The notes beneath the pieces were generated by a model. The model did no database searches and was not told where the DNA came from. It saw only the letters and a program-made list of their open reading frames with translations. A program made the position numbers and the translations under genes. Of a DNA stretch of 64,000 nucleotides, positions 42,453 to 54,600 are shown in pieces (the stretch's first letter is position 1; each line of letters starts with the position of its first letter). The stretch lies in assembly GCA_040954595.2 (NCBI GenBank), contig CM082591.2, forward strand, positions 5,735,009-5,799,008. Direction: 5' to 3'. Source of the DNA: Balanoglossus misakiensis. Its lineage: Eukaryota; Animalia; Hemichordata.

Positions 42453-44312
42453 ATAGAAAGTGAATATGCGCATGACTGTAGCTATATTAAAAACTTCTTA
42501 TCAGATATTTGGGAAAAGGAGAAAAATGCAACATCATTGAGGCGCGCCTAATTCGTGTTTACTCTGTGACGCATATTGGCAAATCGATAGCCACATTTCC
42601 AGGCACACTTTCATAGTACAAAAACATTTCAATTCTCTGTTGAATTATTATATAATGAAAACAAATTACATTCAGAGAGTAAGACGCCTTGCTATGAATC
42701 ATGGGATCTCAGTGAACTGTTAGCAGATAGAGTAATGATTCGGACGCTTCCAAGGCGGGCGAATGTGATTTAAAAATACAGTTTTGTGTGTGGAATATTA
42801 CTACTACAAAGTTGATTCTCGAAATAGTCATGTACCTAAAACATTTGCTGTAACTGTCCATCGTTAGACCATTTTGAGATTTCCAGTGATGGTCACAGTT
42901 TTTGATGTCTTTAGTGACAGCCCATTATAGATATTGTCAGAACATGGCTTTGCTGCTTTGACAATTTTTTTAATTTTTTTTATTCGTACACAGCAAACCA
43001 CAAAGTATGTCTACTTAGGATAGGGTGACTAGAACAGGTGCAAATCACCTAATATTCAAATTCATTCCTACAAGCAATGAGAAGCAAAGTGCCTCGCTCC
43101 TGGCCACGAGATTGCCATCCTCAGATAGGAAACCCACGGGTCTGAGACCGGTACTCTGACCACTAGGCCACAATACCAACACGTGACGGTGACGTCAGGT
43201 TTAAGGTCTACATCCTAAGAAATTGAGCTCGAGTAAACGCAATTCATGGATGGAAACAACACTATCCTTCTGGTCTATTATCAACATAGGGCACGATGGA
43301 AAGTAGATATCGCCATAATATAACGAAGAGTAAACGTTTGCATTTATTTCTTTAATACCAGCACATATAACCAAAACACATAAATATGATATAACGGGTT
43401 AAAGCAGCCATAGTATCATATTTTAGTAAATTCTGACCCAATTGACTGAGCAATAAAACCTTTGAGCAGTTTGAGTTTTAATAAACATCTGCACAGAATG
43501 CCGCGCGGAGGCTTGGTGTGTTTTATTTATATATTTACGACCTGGATTTTGCCCTGAAAACGGCCCGCCCTGTCTGAAACTACGTGTGCACGGGACTATG
43601 AAATTATATAGAAAGACGGATGACGTGGCAAGAATAAGGCATGTCGAAAATAGTGAAAGAAAACTGTCTTGAAGTTGCAACACTGTGTGTTCTGTGACTT
43701 ATCGTACAGGCAAATCAATAGGAACATTTTCACCAATATGAAAAAGCCTGTTTGCAACTTTTGTCATAGCCAGAGCCACCCTGTTATGTTTCTATTCGAT
43801 TGGTATGTCAGGAACTTGTATCTTGTACCGAAGCAAATTGACACCCCCCCCCCGCGCCCCCTAAAGGGAGGCAGTCGTCTTATGCGCATGTTCCAAACCA
43901 AAGACTCAGGTTACAAAAAATTGTATACAGTCAATGCCATAAGGCTGTGTGCTGTCCCGACAGCAGAAAAGATGCAAAATTTGCAAAATTATATCAGTTA
44001 TTGTTTTTGTTTTGTAAGACAATAATGGCATATCTGTAGCGTTATATATTGTCCTGTAGAGGGGAAAGTCTTAAGTTTGAAAGAATATATTTGCGTAAAT
44101 AGATTGTAGTGTGATTACACTTAAAAACGATCTAAACTACCGTATCTTGTATACGTATGTTACTGGCCTGAAGCCGGAAATATGTGAATATTGGATTAGA
44201 GTATAGTATTTGAATTTTATGGCGTCAGAGTTGCATCATTCAAAATGTTACCATTCATCTCTAACCTAGGGGGTCTCATCAGACCTGGTAGGTGTCTCTG
44301 GTCAAACTGCTG

Positions 44313-44854
44313 GTCTTTGTGTGGAGAATGTGTCCCCAGGTGACTTCCCTCATAGACACTGGAGAAATAGGACAAACGACCGCGGCTTTTTCTTTGAAGT
44401 AGCGTCGAAGTTAATCCCCCTAATTTCTCCAGGGTCTATGCGTCCATTCAGTCAAAAAACACCCTGCTCTACTCGGGGTATATTTGTCTACTGCTTAGAG
44501 CGCCACCAGTGTTCATTTTGCGTTTGCTTCTATACTCATTCGAACATACAGCCGAATTGAATTGAGAATGCAAACAGATTTGATTTCGACATATGGGATC
44601 TGATATGACCTCAACAATAATAAGATTACATTCTACGTTTACTATGATGAGTGGCATATTGTAAGCGATGGTGAAGGAGAACCAGCCATTTCCACTTTCG
44701 ATTTAGCTGTTCAAGGAAATGAAAGTCAGTACAACTAGCGTAGCGCAGCCAGCGGTGGGAACTGGGTAGGGGACGAGACTACAGAATATCTTTAAGGGGG
44801 TTCCCCCACGGACGAAAGGCCACGTCAGCACAACAGACATATCTTCTGCATTCT
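44313..44854 (+). repeat. About 540-bp direct repeat, left copy, flanking RTK gene
   Basis: Aligns end to end with 58438-58983. Confidence 0.93.
44796..44830 (+). promoter_or_regulatory. Duplicated NF-kB-like/ATF-like sites upstream of RTK
   Basis: GGGGGTTCCCCC (44796-44807) and CCACGTCAGCA (44820-44830) within the duplicated 540-bp block. Confidence 0.4.
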
Positions 44855-44857
44855 TAC

Positions 44858-45480
44858 TAATAGAATCTCACACTCCCAAGGACCTGGGATAGTATTTCTC
44901 ACACGAGTTGGGGATTTTTGTCCCACACGAGCCGCAGCCCGACGAGTGTGAGAAATATGATCCCAGGTCTTTGGTGTGTGAGATTCTTTTTCTCACACGA
45001 CCAGAAATTTGCGATATTAACGTTTATTTACAATAAAAGAACTAAATCTATAAAATACCAACTGATAACTGCATGACCAGTAATATTGATCCGCCCCGCA
45101 AAACATAGTCCCCATTTCATCACGAGTTTACAGTACACGCATTCTATAAAAATGTGCTCAACACATTAAAATATGGAGATTGTTTCCAGTGGCATAAATT
45201 CGCGCGATATCTAGAAAATACAACCGTTTTTTAGTCTGTCGCCAACCACGTACACCACTATCGTCTGCACATGACCTGATCACATTGTAGTTCCGGTTTG
45301 TGTACAACACATCGCACAATTGGATAATATTTGCTCGTTCTGAGGGGTATGGATATCATTATCCAACCAGAGCTCGTGTCAGATAACAGTTGTCTGTGTG
45401 CGCATTAACACAGAGTGTGGGATCAATTTGATCCCACACTCTCTATCCCACACTCCCAGCGGTCAGGAGTGTGAGAATGT
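44858..45480 (+). mobile_element. Non-autonomous element with nested inverted repeats (HINE-like)
   Basis: 5' foldback AGAATCTCACAC...GTGTGAGATTCT (44861-44986), 3' hairpin GAGTGTGGGATC-aattt-GATCCCACACTC, terminal GGAGTGTGAGAAT complementary to the start. Confidence 0.55.
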
Positions 45481-46010
45481 TTGACGTCCACAAAATAGAA
45501 TCCACCGGCCCACCCCAGGCTGAAGAAACTGACCAGTCCCTTATTGTTGTTGGCCTTTTCACATGCATGGCACGTCTATGAAACAACAGCCCCTGTTTCC
45601 GTTTAGCGTCGATGTGTATCCGGCTTCGCTGTTGTTTCCTGCTTCCCTGTTGATCGTCAACAGTGGTTTTGGAAAGCAAACGACATCGGGGTACGTTCTA
45701 CATAAGTGTCACTAGAGCAATATCAAAAAGCCATGGATCTTCTTTACCGTATGTCCTGGGTAATCTTCTTGATTACTCTGTCGGGTAAGTTTGGTTTTAC
45801 GTATAAGGTACCTGGACCATGTATTTCGTTTTTTTTTTCCACTAAAGTATACTAAAGCTAAGAGAAAGTTAGTTCCGTTCTGTCGATTAGTGTTGGCTTT
45901 TCGAGTGGACACGCACAGACACCATAGTATACCTTGACAGTTTCATTTTTGCTGATATGAACTAGACGCGATTGGCAATAATACATAGTGGACACTATTC
46001 TTATTTCTAG

Positions 46011-46268
46011 ACGGGTACTGGACACGGTGGTTTGATGACCCCAAAGATATGGCTGGTGACTCCGAATTGTTGTACTTCAAGCGTATCGCTTTTCCTCGTT
46101 TAATATGCGACAACCCGTCGGCCATTGAGGTGAAAACCTCTGAGGGTTTACCGGCTGGTCAGACAGGAGAGCGATTCGCTCAGTATAATTCTCTTGGATT
46201 CAAGTGTTTGAATGACCAGCAGGATGACGGTATGTGCGAAGATTACCAAGTGAGGTTTTGTTGTCCAG
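46011..46268 (+). CDS. RTK exon: WxxW (Mucin2_WxxW/CILP-type) domain
   Basis: YWTRWFDDP...GDSE...[12 protein letters not shown]...[24 protein letters not shown]; 258-nt phase 1-1 exon. Confidence 0.9.
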
Positions 46269-46597
46269 GTAAGTTGGGAATATTCTTTGATAACTGTAAC
46301 TGATAAAATACAATATTTTCATCGAGAGGAAGGTACATGTAGTTAAGAAAGATAAAAAACATAAAAAAATTGTATATTCATAGCACAACGCTAACTTATC
46401 CCAATATATGCTAATTTGAATTATCATAGGGGAGTTTGGCGCCACTACTTGCCTTACAGAAGAAGAGTTGTACAGATATCCCTCAAGTAACAATGTCAGT
46501 CTCTCCGTTTATGAGGTAAAGTAATTAGCGAACATGTAGTTAATGTTGAGGCATTACGGACTCCTGTTTATTCTGTATGTGTGTGTGTGTGTGTGTG

Positions 46598-46678
<81 letters not shown>

Positions 46679-49600
46679 CTGTACGGTTGTAGTGTTGTGT
46701 ATAAAAATATTGCATTTTCACCTCCAGAACTTAAGCATAAGAAGTCCCGTGTTTCTCTTCGAAGAATGGAATGGCATGTCACCAAACATGACTTTCAACC
46801 TTGTCCATGGCAATGATGTAAGTGGAAATTGGTCGTGTTAAATTATGGTTTATGCACCTCATTGTAAACTATTTCTCATATTTTGCTCAAGGCAACTTCT
46901 GATTATTCTCTCTCAATATAGAGAGTAAGGATTAACGCTCTCGTGTCAAATTTCTGTATGAAAGAGTATATAGTTGTCTAAAGTATTTAATTAAAAATGA
47001 TCACCAATCTATTTATTGCAAAATGGAAGTACTTTTTTCGAGAAAAAAAACCAATACAATGTAAACAGTAATTGTTCTTTCATATTAACAGAAGTTTTTC
47101 GTATGTGCAATCATCCTTCCCTGTTTCACATCCATTCATGACTGACAAACCTGCATTTCTCATACCAAGTTTAACAGGTTCGGTGTAAGCGAAGACAACA
47201 AAGCTGTCATTGTAGCGAAGCACCTTGATGCCAAAATAACGCCAGATTTTGATCTAATCGTCCACGCATATCAAGTAAGTATCAGAGTACCTGGTGATCA
47301 TATTTCGTGACAGTATTCCATGATTTTTTTCTTCACATGTCCAGTGAGCAAAGCACTGACTGCACTATTGTATAATAGGAGTTTCTCATCCAAAATTTGC
47401 TACGTCATCCATGGTTGAGGCGTTGAAGACACGAAAATAAATGAAATAAATCTTTTACAGCAAGTTATTTCTAATATCAGTAATGTTCTACTAAAACATA
47501 GCGGTTTGTGAGCCCTTGTTCTGAGAAATATGCAAATTTACTAAATGAGCGAACGGCAAAATAACCAAACGGATGAGAATGTGTTTCTACAAAAAAAAAC
47601 ACTGTATATCAGATGTTTTAATCTTTAATGGAAATATTGCTGTTTTGACTCATAGGATGCAGACATACGGGCATTTGGAATACATATCCACGTTGTCGAC
47701 ACAGATGACTGGCCACCATATTACAACAAAACCTGCGCAACGCCAGTCAGGAAAGAGGTGATTCATCCTTCGTTATTTCGATCAGCAAAAAGAAAGCAAA
47801 AAAAAAATAGTTAAGGCAGATGTCCTGTATGGTTACACCATGTAGTCGCATGCGACATTTCGATCGCTTGCTCACGTCGACAGATCTATGACTATAACGA
47901 ACGACTTAATTAGTGAGGTAGTGTTTTGAAGGAGTCATCGGAGAGGCGGGTGCGAAAATTGAATTTAGATAATTCCTAGCCTCGGACCACCTATCCACTT
48001 AGTTGTAAACACAGCCTTGCTATAGTTATGCATGGATGTCTACCAACAGGCATAAGCTAGCCTTGATCATTCCACTGTCATACTTGAAATCAAGCTAATT
48101 GACAAAGCAATTTTCTGTCGAAAAAAAAATTAAGGTCAAACAAAGATAAACGTCAACATATATAGACCGACCGAATCATGACAGCCATCTTGAGTATGTG
48201 AAATTTCGACTGCGCATGTCCAATATTTTGCGCGGGTTTTGCCAGATTTAAGGCGTGTGTCCGGACGAAGATAAAAAAGTAAAATGTATCAAGACAATAA
48301 ATACATCTTTTATTTTCAATTTCTGCAGCAAACTGCATGGCCATGGTTGGTAGATTTCTTATTACAAGGCAAGTCACTGCTTCATCCGGTCAAGACGTCC
48401 CCGTATTTGGATTTTGGAGCAATAATTGATACCAACAATTCAAGATGTAAGTTAGTTAATGTTATCATGTGCAGTGTCTTTGGCCTGAGGCCAAGTGAAA
48501 TTCTAAACTATTTTGAGACCGAAGAATTCGCGTTTTACCTTGCGTGATAGCGAGGTAATGTCATGGTCTCTCTCTCTCTCTGTGTATGTGTGTACATGTA
48601 TGTCTGTCTGTGTATCTGTCTGGCACGACATCTCAAGAACGGCGAATTGTCTGGAAAATCATTTTATTACACGTGAAAAGGCTATTTCTAACAAGGTTCA
48701 TCAAATACGCAATTGAGCGGAGTGTACATGGGCAGGTATGATATTAGCTCATGTGTTTGAAGACAATGTGGTAAATGACACTTTCATGTGAACTTCATGC
48801 TGTTGATAAAATAATTAATTCAAGTTTATCGACTGCAGATTATATAAACACACAAGATCTATCTTGATTTTGCTTGTCATTCTAGGTAGCTGGGATGTGT
48901 ACTTTCCCTCATACGAATCTGAAGGGATCAGCAGATCGTTTGGAAGTATAAAGTTTAACTTCTTCGACTTGGCACTGATACTACAACCTATTGATTGGCC
49001 AGGCTATCCGGAAGTGTTAACAATGAATGGGCGTGGTGGAAATTCCACCCATCTTGAGCTGCGGTTTTTCAAGGTAAATGAACCAAGTTTAGCGTTTCAC
49101 ATATGCGCTGGGTTTTCTTTACTTGATTGCAATATATGGTTACTCAGAAGTCCAGCAAGATTTCTACACATCATATTTTCTCCCCCCCCCCCAAAAAAAA
49201 AAAACATCGTCCGCTCAGGCTGGAGCACAGTCATCCCAAAAAATGGGCCAGCGGATCAGACTACAGTGTGGAAGACTCGCTATGACCCAACTTTATGACT
49301 TACAACTGTGATGCACTGGTAAACAAGACAGTATGTTAGATGTTGGTATCTCATGTGATCCGATACTACATGCATGTATGTAAATAAAATGTCATGTACA
49401 TGTACTATAGACCGGTGGCATGTAGAGGCTAGTGTAGACTTGTTCTTAGATGTTGGGCCAAGCTTTGAAATTAGTCTCCTGACCACTTTGTGCGCACGCA
49501 TAGCAAGAAGAATGGGCCTGATTTTAAAAGTGTGTGTGTGAGCATCATTTTTTTTTCGTAGAACAGATGCTTAAACTTAATTTTCGCGATACTATAGGAT

Positions 49601-51487
49601 TATAGCTATAGCTATACGATTAATAGCATTGTAAAATATAACATTTAATCTGCCTCATATTTCAACAGGTGGTCGAAGGAGAAGTAGTGCCTAATCGTTT
49701 TGTAAATGAAATAATAAGACGTGAGAAGGTAATGCCAATGGGGCATGAGACGTCACCTTTGAGCTACGTTGTAAGTGTTACACTCAAAATGTTTACTGCA
49801 AAGTTGACCAACGCATTAAATCTACGTGTAGCAGTTAACAAATTGCCCTTGAATCCAATCACGGACTATGGACCGATGGAAATTGAATATAAAGGTACGG
49901 TTGGCTCTTCTCCTACAGCAAGTTACATGCTGCACATAAATTTGCATTTTGTTAGGCATGATGCCATTATAATACCTATACAGGTGGTACATGTACTATA
50001 TGCTTGAATTTTAACCATGTAAGGGAATGATAAGATATCTCTTATGTATCTATTTAAGACACGTTATGGAAATTCGAGATTATCCTGTCTTCAATACGCG
50101 TTGCTTTGACAAGTACTTTGCTTAATAGGTTGTCCGGCCGGTAAATACGGAGGTGTCTGCCAATATGACTGTCAATGTGAAAATGGTGCAACCTGCCATG
50201 CGTGGAACGGTGCTTGTCGTTGTGCTGATGGGTGGCGTGGTCCTACATGTGATATACGTAAGTGTATTTATCGAAACACTTAAAGGCACGTAAGCTGCAA
50301 CTGGATAAAAAATTAAAGTTTTAAATAATCTCATATATGCTTTTAATTATGTCTATTAAATGCTATTTCATGAAAATATATCAAGCTCAACACTTATTTA
50401 TGACAAAATGGCCAAAAATTAAAGAAAAACTAAAATTCCTGCAATTTTAAAAAAAGTATTGCAATGAAAAAATGAAAATCTGATGTCTCAGTGGTGTACA
50501 TTTACTTCCATGAGCTCAAGTGGATGAGATCATGTTTTGTTTATGAAGTTTCACAACCGGAAATGCGACATTTTCATTGTTTCTTGCATTTTCCCACGGT
50601 GGCGGCCATAATCGCTTGCGGCAAAGCTTTATTATTTATCTGGTTAAAACTTGCATATGCACTCATATTTAGGGTTTATAATGCTTGTGTATAGTTCACT
50701 GCCTTCATCTGCATGGACTAATGGTAGTGCAGTGTGAAACAAAAATTATGAAAATTATCCCAAAAGTTACAGCTTACGTGCCTTTAAAGGTCGGATGAAC
50801 GCAACCATGCCCATTTTGCTGGCCTGTAATGCCCCTTCCGTGGTCCCTTGCGCGTTTTAACGCTTGCACAATTATTTCCAGCCATGGAGCCATCAGCAAC
50901 ACTGAGTTTGTCAAGCCACAATGTGAAGTACTTTCAGCCTATTCACTTAACATGTCACTTTGTAAACATTCGTCGTGAATACGCATTTTTTGAGAAAGAT
51001 GGGGAAAATGTGACGGATGTGTTCACGTCGGCGATCATCGATAGTCCCATAAATGGGTAAGTTTCTCAGTCCTGGGCTTAAGCTACACATGTTCAATTTC
51101 TTTAGTGTGTGACATACTTGAAAGTACTTCAAAGAAAATTTGCATCAAAATGTTAATCTATAGATACTCAGGAGGATTCAGGCGACTTTTTTGTTTCACT
51201 TTCTTGCAAAATGAACCCGTACGAAATCTTAGGTCGAATTCATAAACTACACCTTTCTCATTATTCCGTGCATTTATTTGTGTACGATTTAACTTGTTTT
51301 ATTCATTGTAGCATCGCTAATTTCATAATTACCAACATGACCGAAGCATACGAGGGAACCTACAGATGCAAAATATTCAGCGAAGATGTCAAATCATTCG
51401 CAATTTCAAATCCAGTAGATCTATCTATTACAGGTATTAAACATTAATTTTAAATGGTGGTGGTGGTGGTGGTGGTGGTGGTGGTGG

Positions 51488-51540
<53 letters not shown>

Positions 51541-51544
51541 GTGG

Positions 51545-51636
<92 letters not shown>

Positions 51637-54600
51637 GTTTCTCAAGCACGAACACAAATTTGGTTTAATTAATTTACGCAGAACCGATGAAGTCTAGCAG
51701 GGAAAATCCAAAGATATAACCAAAAGTCGTTAACTTGAATTTCCAGGATGTACAGACGACAGATGGGGAAAACATTGTGAACATCAATGTGGTTGCATCA
51801 GATATACAAATTGCAGCCGATACTATGGATGCATATGTGAAGACGGTTGGGCGGGAGCGCAGTGCGACCAAGGTATGTACATTTTAAATATGAGAAAAGC
51901 GTGTTTGATTTAGAGGTTATAAACGGCTAGCGAGGGTATTTGGTTGCGGATATAAGACCTGTCAGGTGAAAATTAGCATATTTGGCGGGAAATAATCACC
52001 GAGCAGAACATTAAGTGTTTTCATTCATTTTTCTTTCCCCCTAAACTTTATCTCACGAAATTACTTTCCACAGATATCGAGAAACCCTTCATCCAATGTC
52101 CGCCAAATATCACACGATCCGTGAGTGATTCATCTAGTAAAGTAAACATCAGTTGGCCTACAGCAAGAAGCACTGACAACGATGGCCAACCGATGATCAC
52201 CTCTAACTTTCAACCTGGGGATTTGTTTGCGGTTGGTACAACAGTCGTCATATACCGAGCAACCGACGCAAGTGAAAATACTGCGTCTTGCAGTTTTACC
52301 GTCACAGTAAACCGTGAGTACTACAAATGAAGGATGCCAAACACATGAACTTTATAATTGACATGTTTTCAATTTCCAATATTTCCAGAATGCATATACA
52401 TGTAAGAATGAACACGTATAGTAATCTGTCCTTATTATCCATTCTCTACCCAGTATCATGTCTGTCTGTTTTATTTTATGCAGCTCCAGTGAACCAAACG
52501 AAATTTAAGATCATGGTGATTTCGGGTGGCATTATGCTTGTAGTCATTTCGTTTGTGATCATTCCATTGGCTATAACACTTTGGGTAAATCTTCGAAAAC
52601 GGAAAACATTGTATCAGCGTTTACTGGAGAAAGAAATGCCAGTTACCATACCTGTAGGTCACAGTTAATTTCACAGTTAATTTCTGATAGCTCTCACGTT
52701 TTTTGTTATAATGCGTGCCGTCTGCATCCAGCGATGAAAGTGACAGGGTGGCCAACTTCAATCACCTTTTCTTGTGACGTATGAGAAGAAAAATCAGGAG
52801 AACTTTGGTACTAATTGTGAATAGTTCATATAATCATTTCTTGTGATTATAAATTACTGTTAAAAAGAGCTTACGGTTTGATACTCACTTGGTCTTTTGG
52901 AGCGGCAATTCTTATCAGAGGGACGGATATGTTTGCATTTTTTCGCAGGGTGGAGTAAAGGTCTTCAAGAAGTCGCAAGTCGAAATTGGTGATATGATAG
53001 GAGAAGGAGAATTTTCTGTAGTCTACTGTGGCACCATACAGTTTGATGGTGAAAAACGTGATGCTGCAGTAAAAGTACTGAAAGGTATAGGTCCATATAA
53101 AAAGAAACAAAATCCTTCCTTCTTTCTCGACATTAAAGGGACAAAGTCTCTCTCTCACTGCCCGTTTTTCCATTAATTATATTTGATACAAGACACCGTT
53201 TGTTATTCTACATGTGGATATATAGTGAATGAACGTTCAACCACACACAACTTCCATCCCTCTTATAGACAGGAGAGTGAAAAAACTCGCCAAAATGAAT
53301 AGTCGTTCTTTACCATTTATTCATTTTGGGCGACTTTTTACTCTCATATCATACAAGTGGGATGGAAGTTGTGTGTGGTCGAACGTTGATTCACTATATA
53401 TCCACATGTACATTAACATAAACAGTGTCTTGTATCAAACATAATTAATGGAAAAAGGGCAGCGAGAGAGAGACTTTGTCCCTTTAAAGGAGAATCGTTT
53501 AAACTGCCCATCTGCGACCTCTCAGCCTTATGAACACTCAATAACATTGGAATTATTTCCAATGTTCAGGGAGACCCTGTGAATCAATACACTTTATAAA
53601 AAACATTAGAAATGTGATAAAAAGTAAGACGCATTATTTGATATGATGTACACTGTCATACCTATAGTAACACCCATATTGTTACAATGATGAATATAAT
53701 ACAGTTAAATTTAGTGAAAATTCCTGTAAACAACTGTCAAGATTACACCTTATCCATAGTATTTAAAGTGTACTATGTTTTCTTTTCTGTCAGACGAAAT
53801 AGAATACAACACTGCTTACCAACACGAAGTCAGTACTCTGAGTGCATTAAATGGATGTCCTCACATTGTGCAACTGTTTGGCGTTGTTATGGATACAGGT
53901 GGGAAAATCGATTGACGATGCAATCTGGCGCACCATCCCCTAATTTTCAAATGGTTGGGGTGTGAATGGTGGCATTTCCACTTTATTAGACTTAAATATT
54001 GAAAATAAACTATGTAGGATACGTGGATTCCGTTGTGCCGAATAATGGTGACCACAAAACGATGTCTTCTCTCTCCACAGTTAAAAGGAGCATTGTCACA
54101 GAACTGATGGCTAACGACATGCACTATCTCCTGAAGAGTCTTCAGCAAAGGAGCGACTATTCCAATGCAACCGGAAGGCGTCTTCTTAAATTTTGTCTGC
54201 ACGTGGCGAGAGCCCTTCAGTATATGGAAGAAATGAAGGTACATTGTATTATGAACACTAGGCTCGTTTTTAACTGTTGGAAAATTTAACTATGCAATAT
54301 GAATTGTTCTTGCATTAACAATCACATATGTAAGTGTAGTGTCTGGTTAGACATAAATGAGATTTGGTAGATACATGTGAATTACACCATTGACCGAGAG
54401 CATTAATCTTTGTAAAACATTTCTAAATTATAGGTAGTGCATCGTGACATTGCTGCACGTAACGTTTTGATATCTCTTGAGGACACAGCCAAAATTGGTG
54501 ACTTTGGGTTGGCCAGAGACGTGTACCAGAATTTGGTCTATCATAGACATCCATCAAAGGTCAGTGATCAATTAACTCATTGACGTTATCTTCGACAGAT

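Noticed and set aside
51682-51746. Upstream acceptor giving a stop-containing exon (soluble RTK isoform)
   Set aside because: The acceptor at 51746 gives a clean in-frame EGF exon; no support for the longer form.
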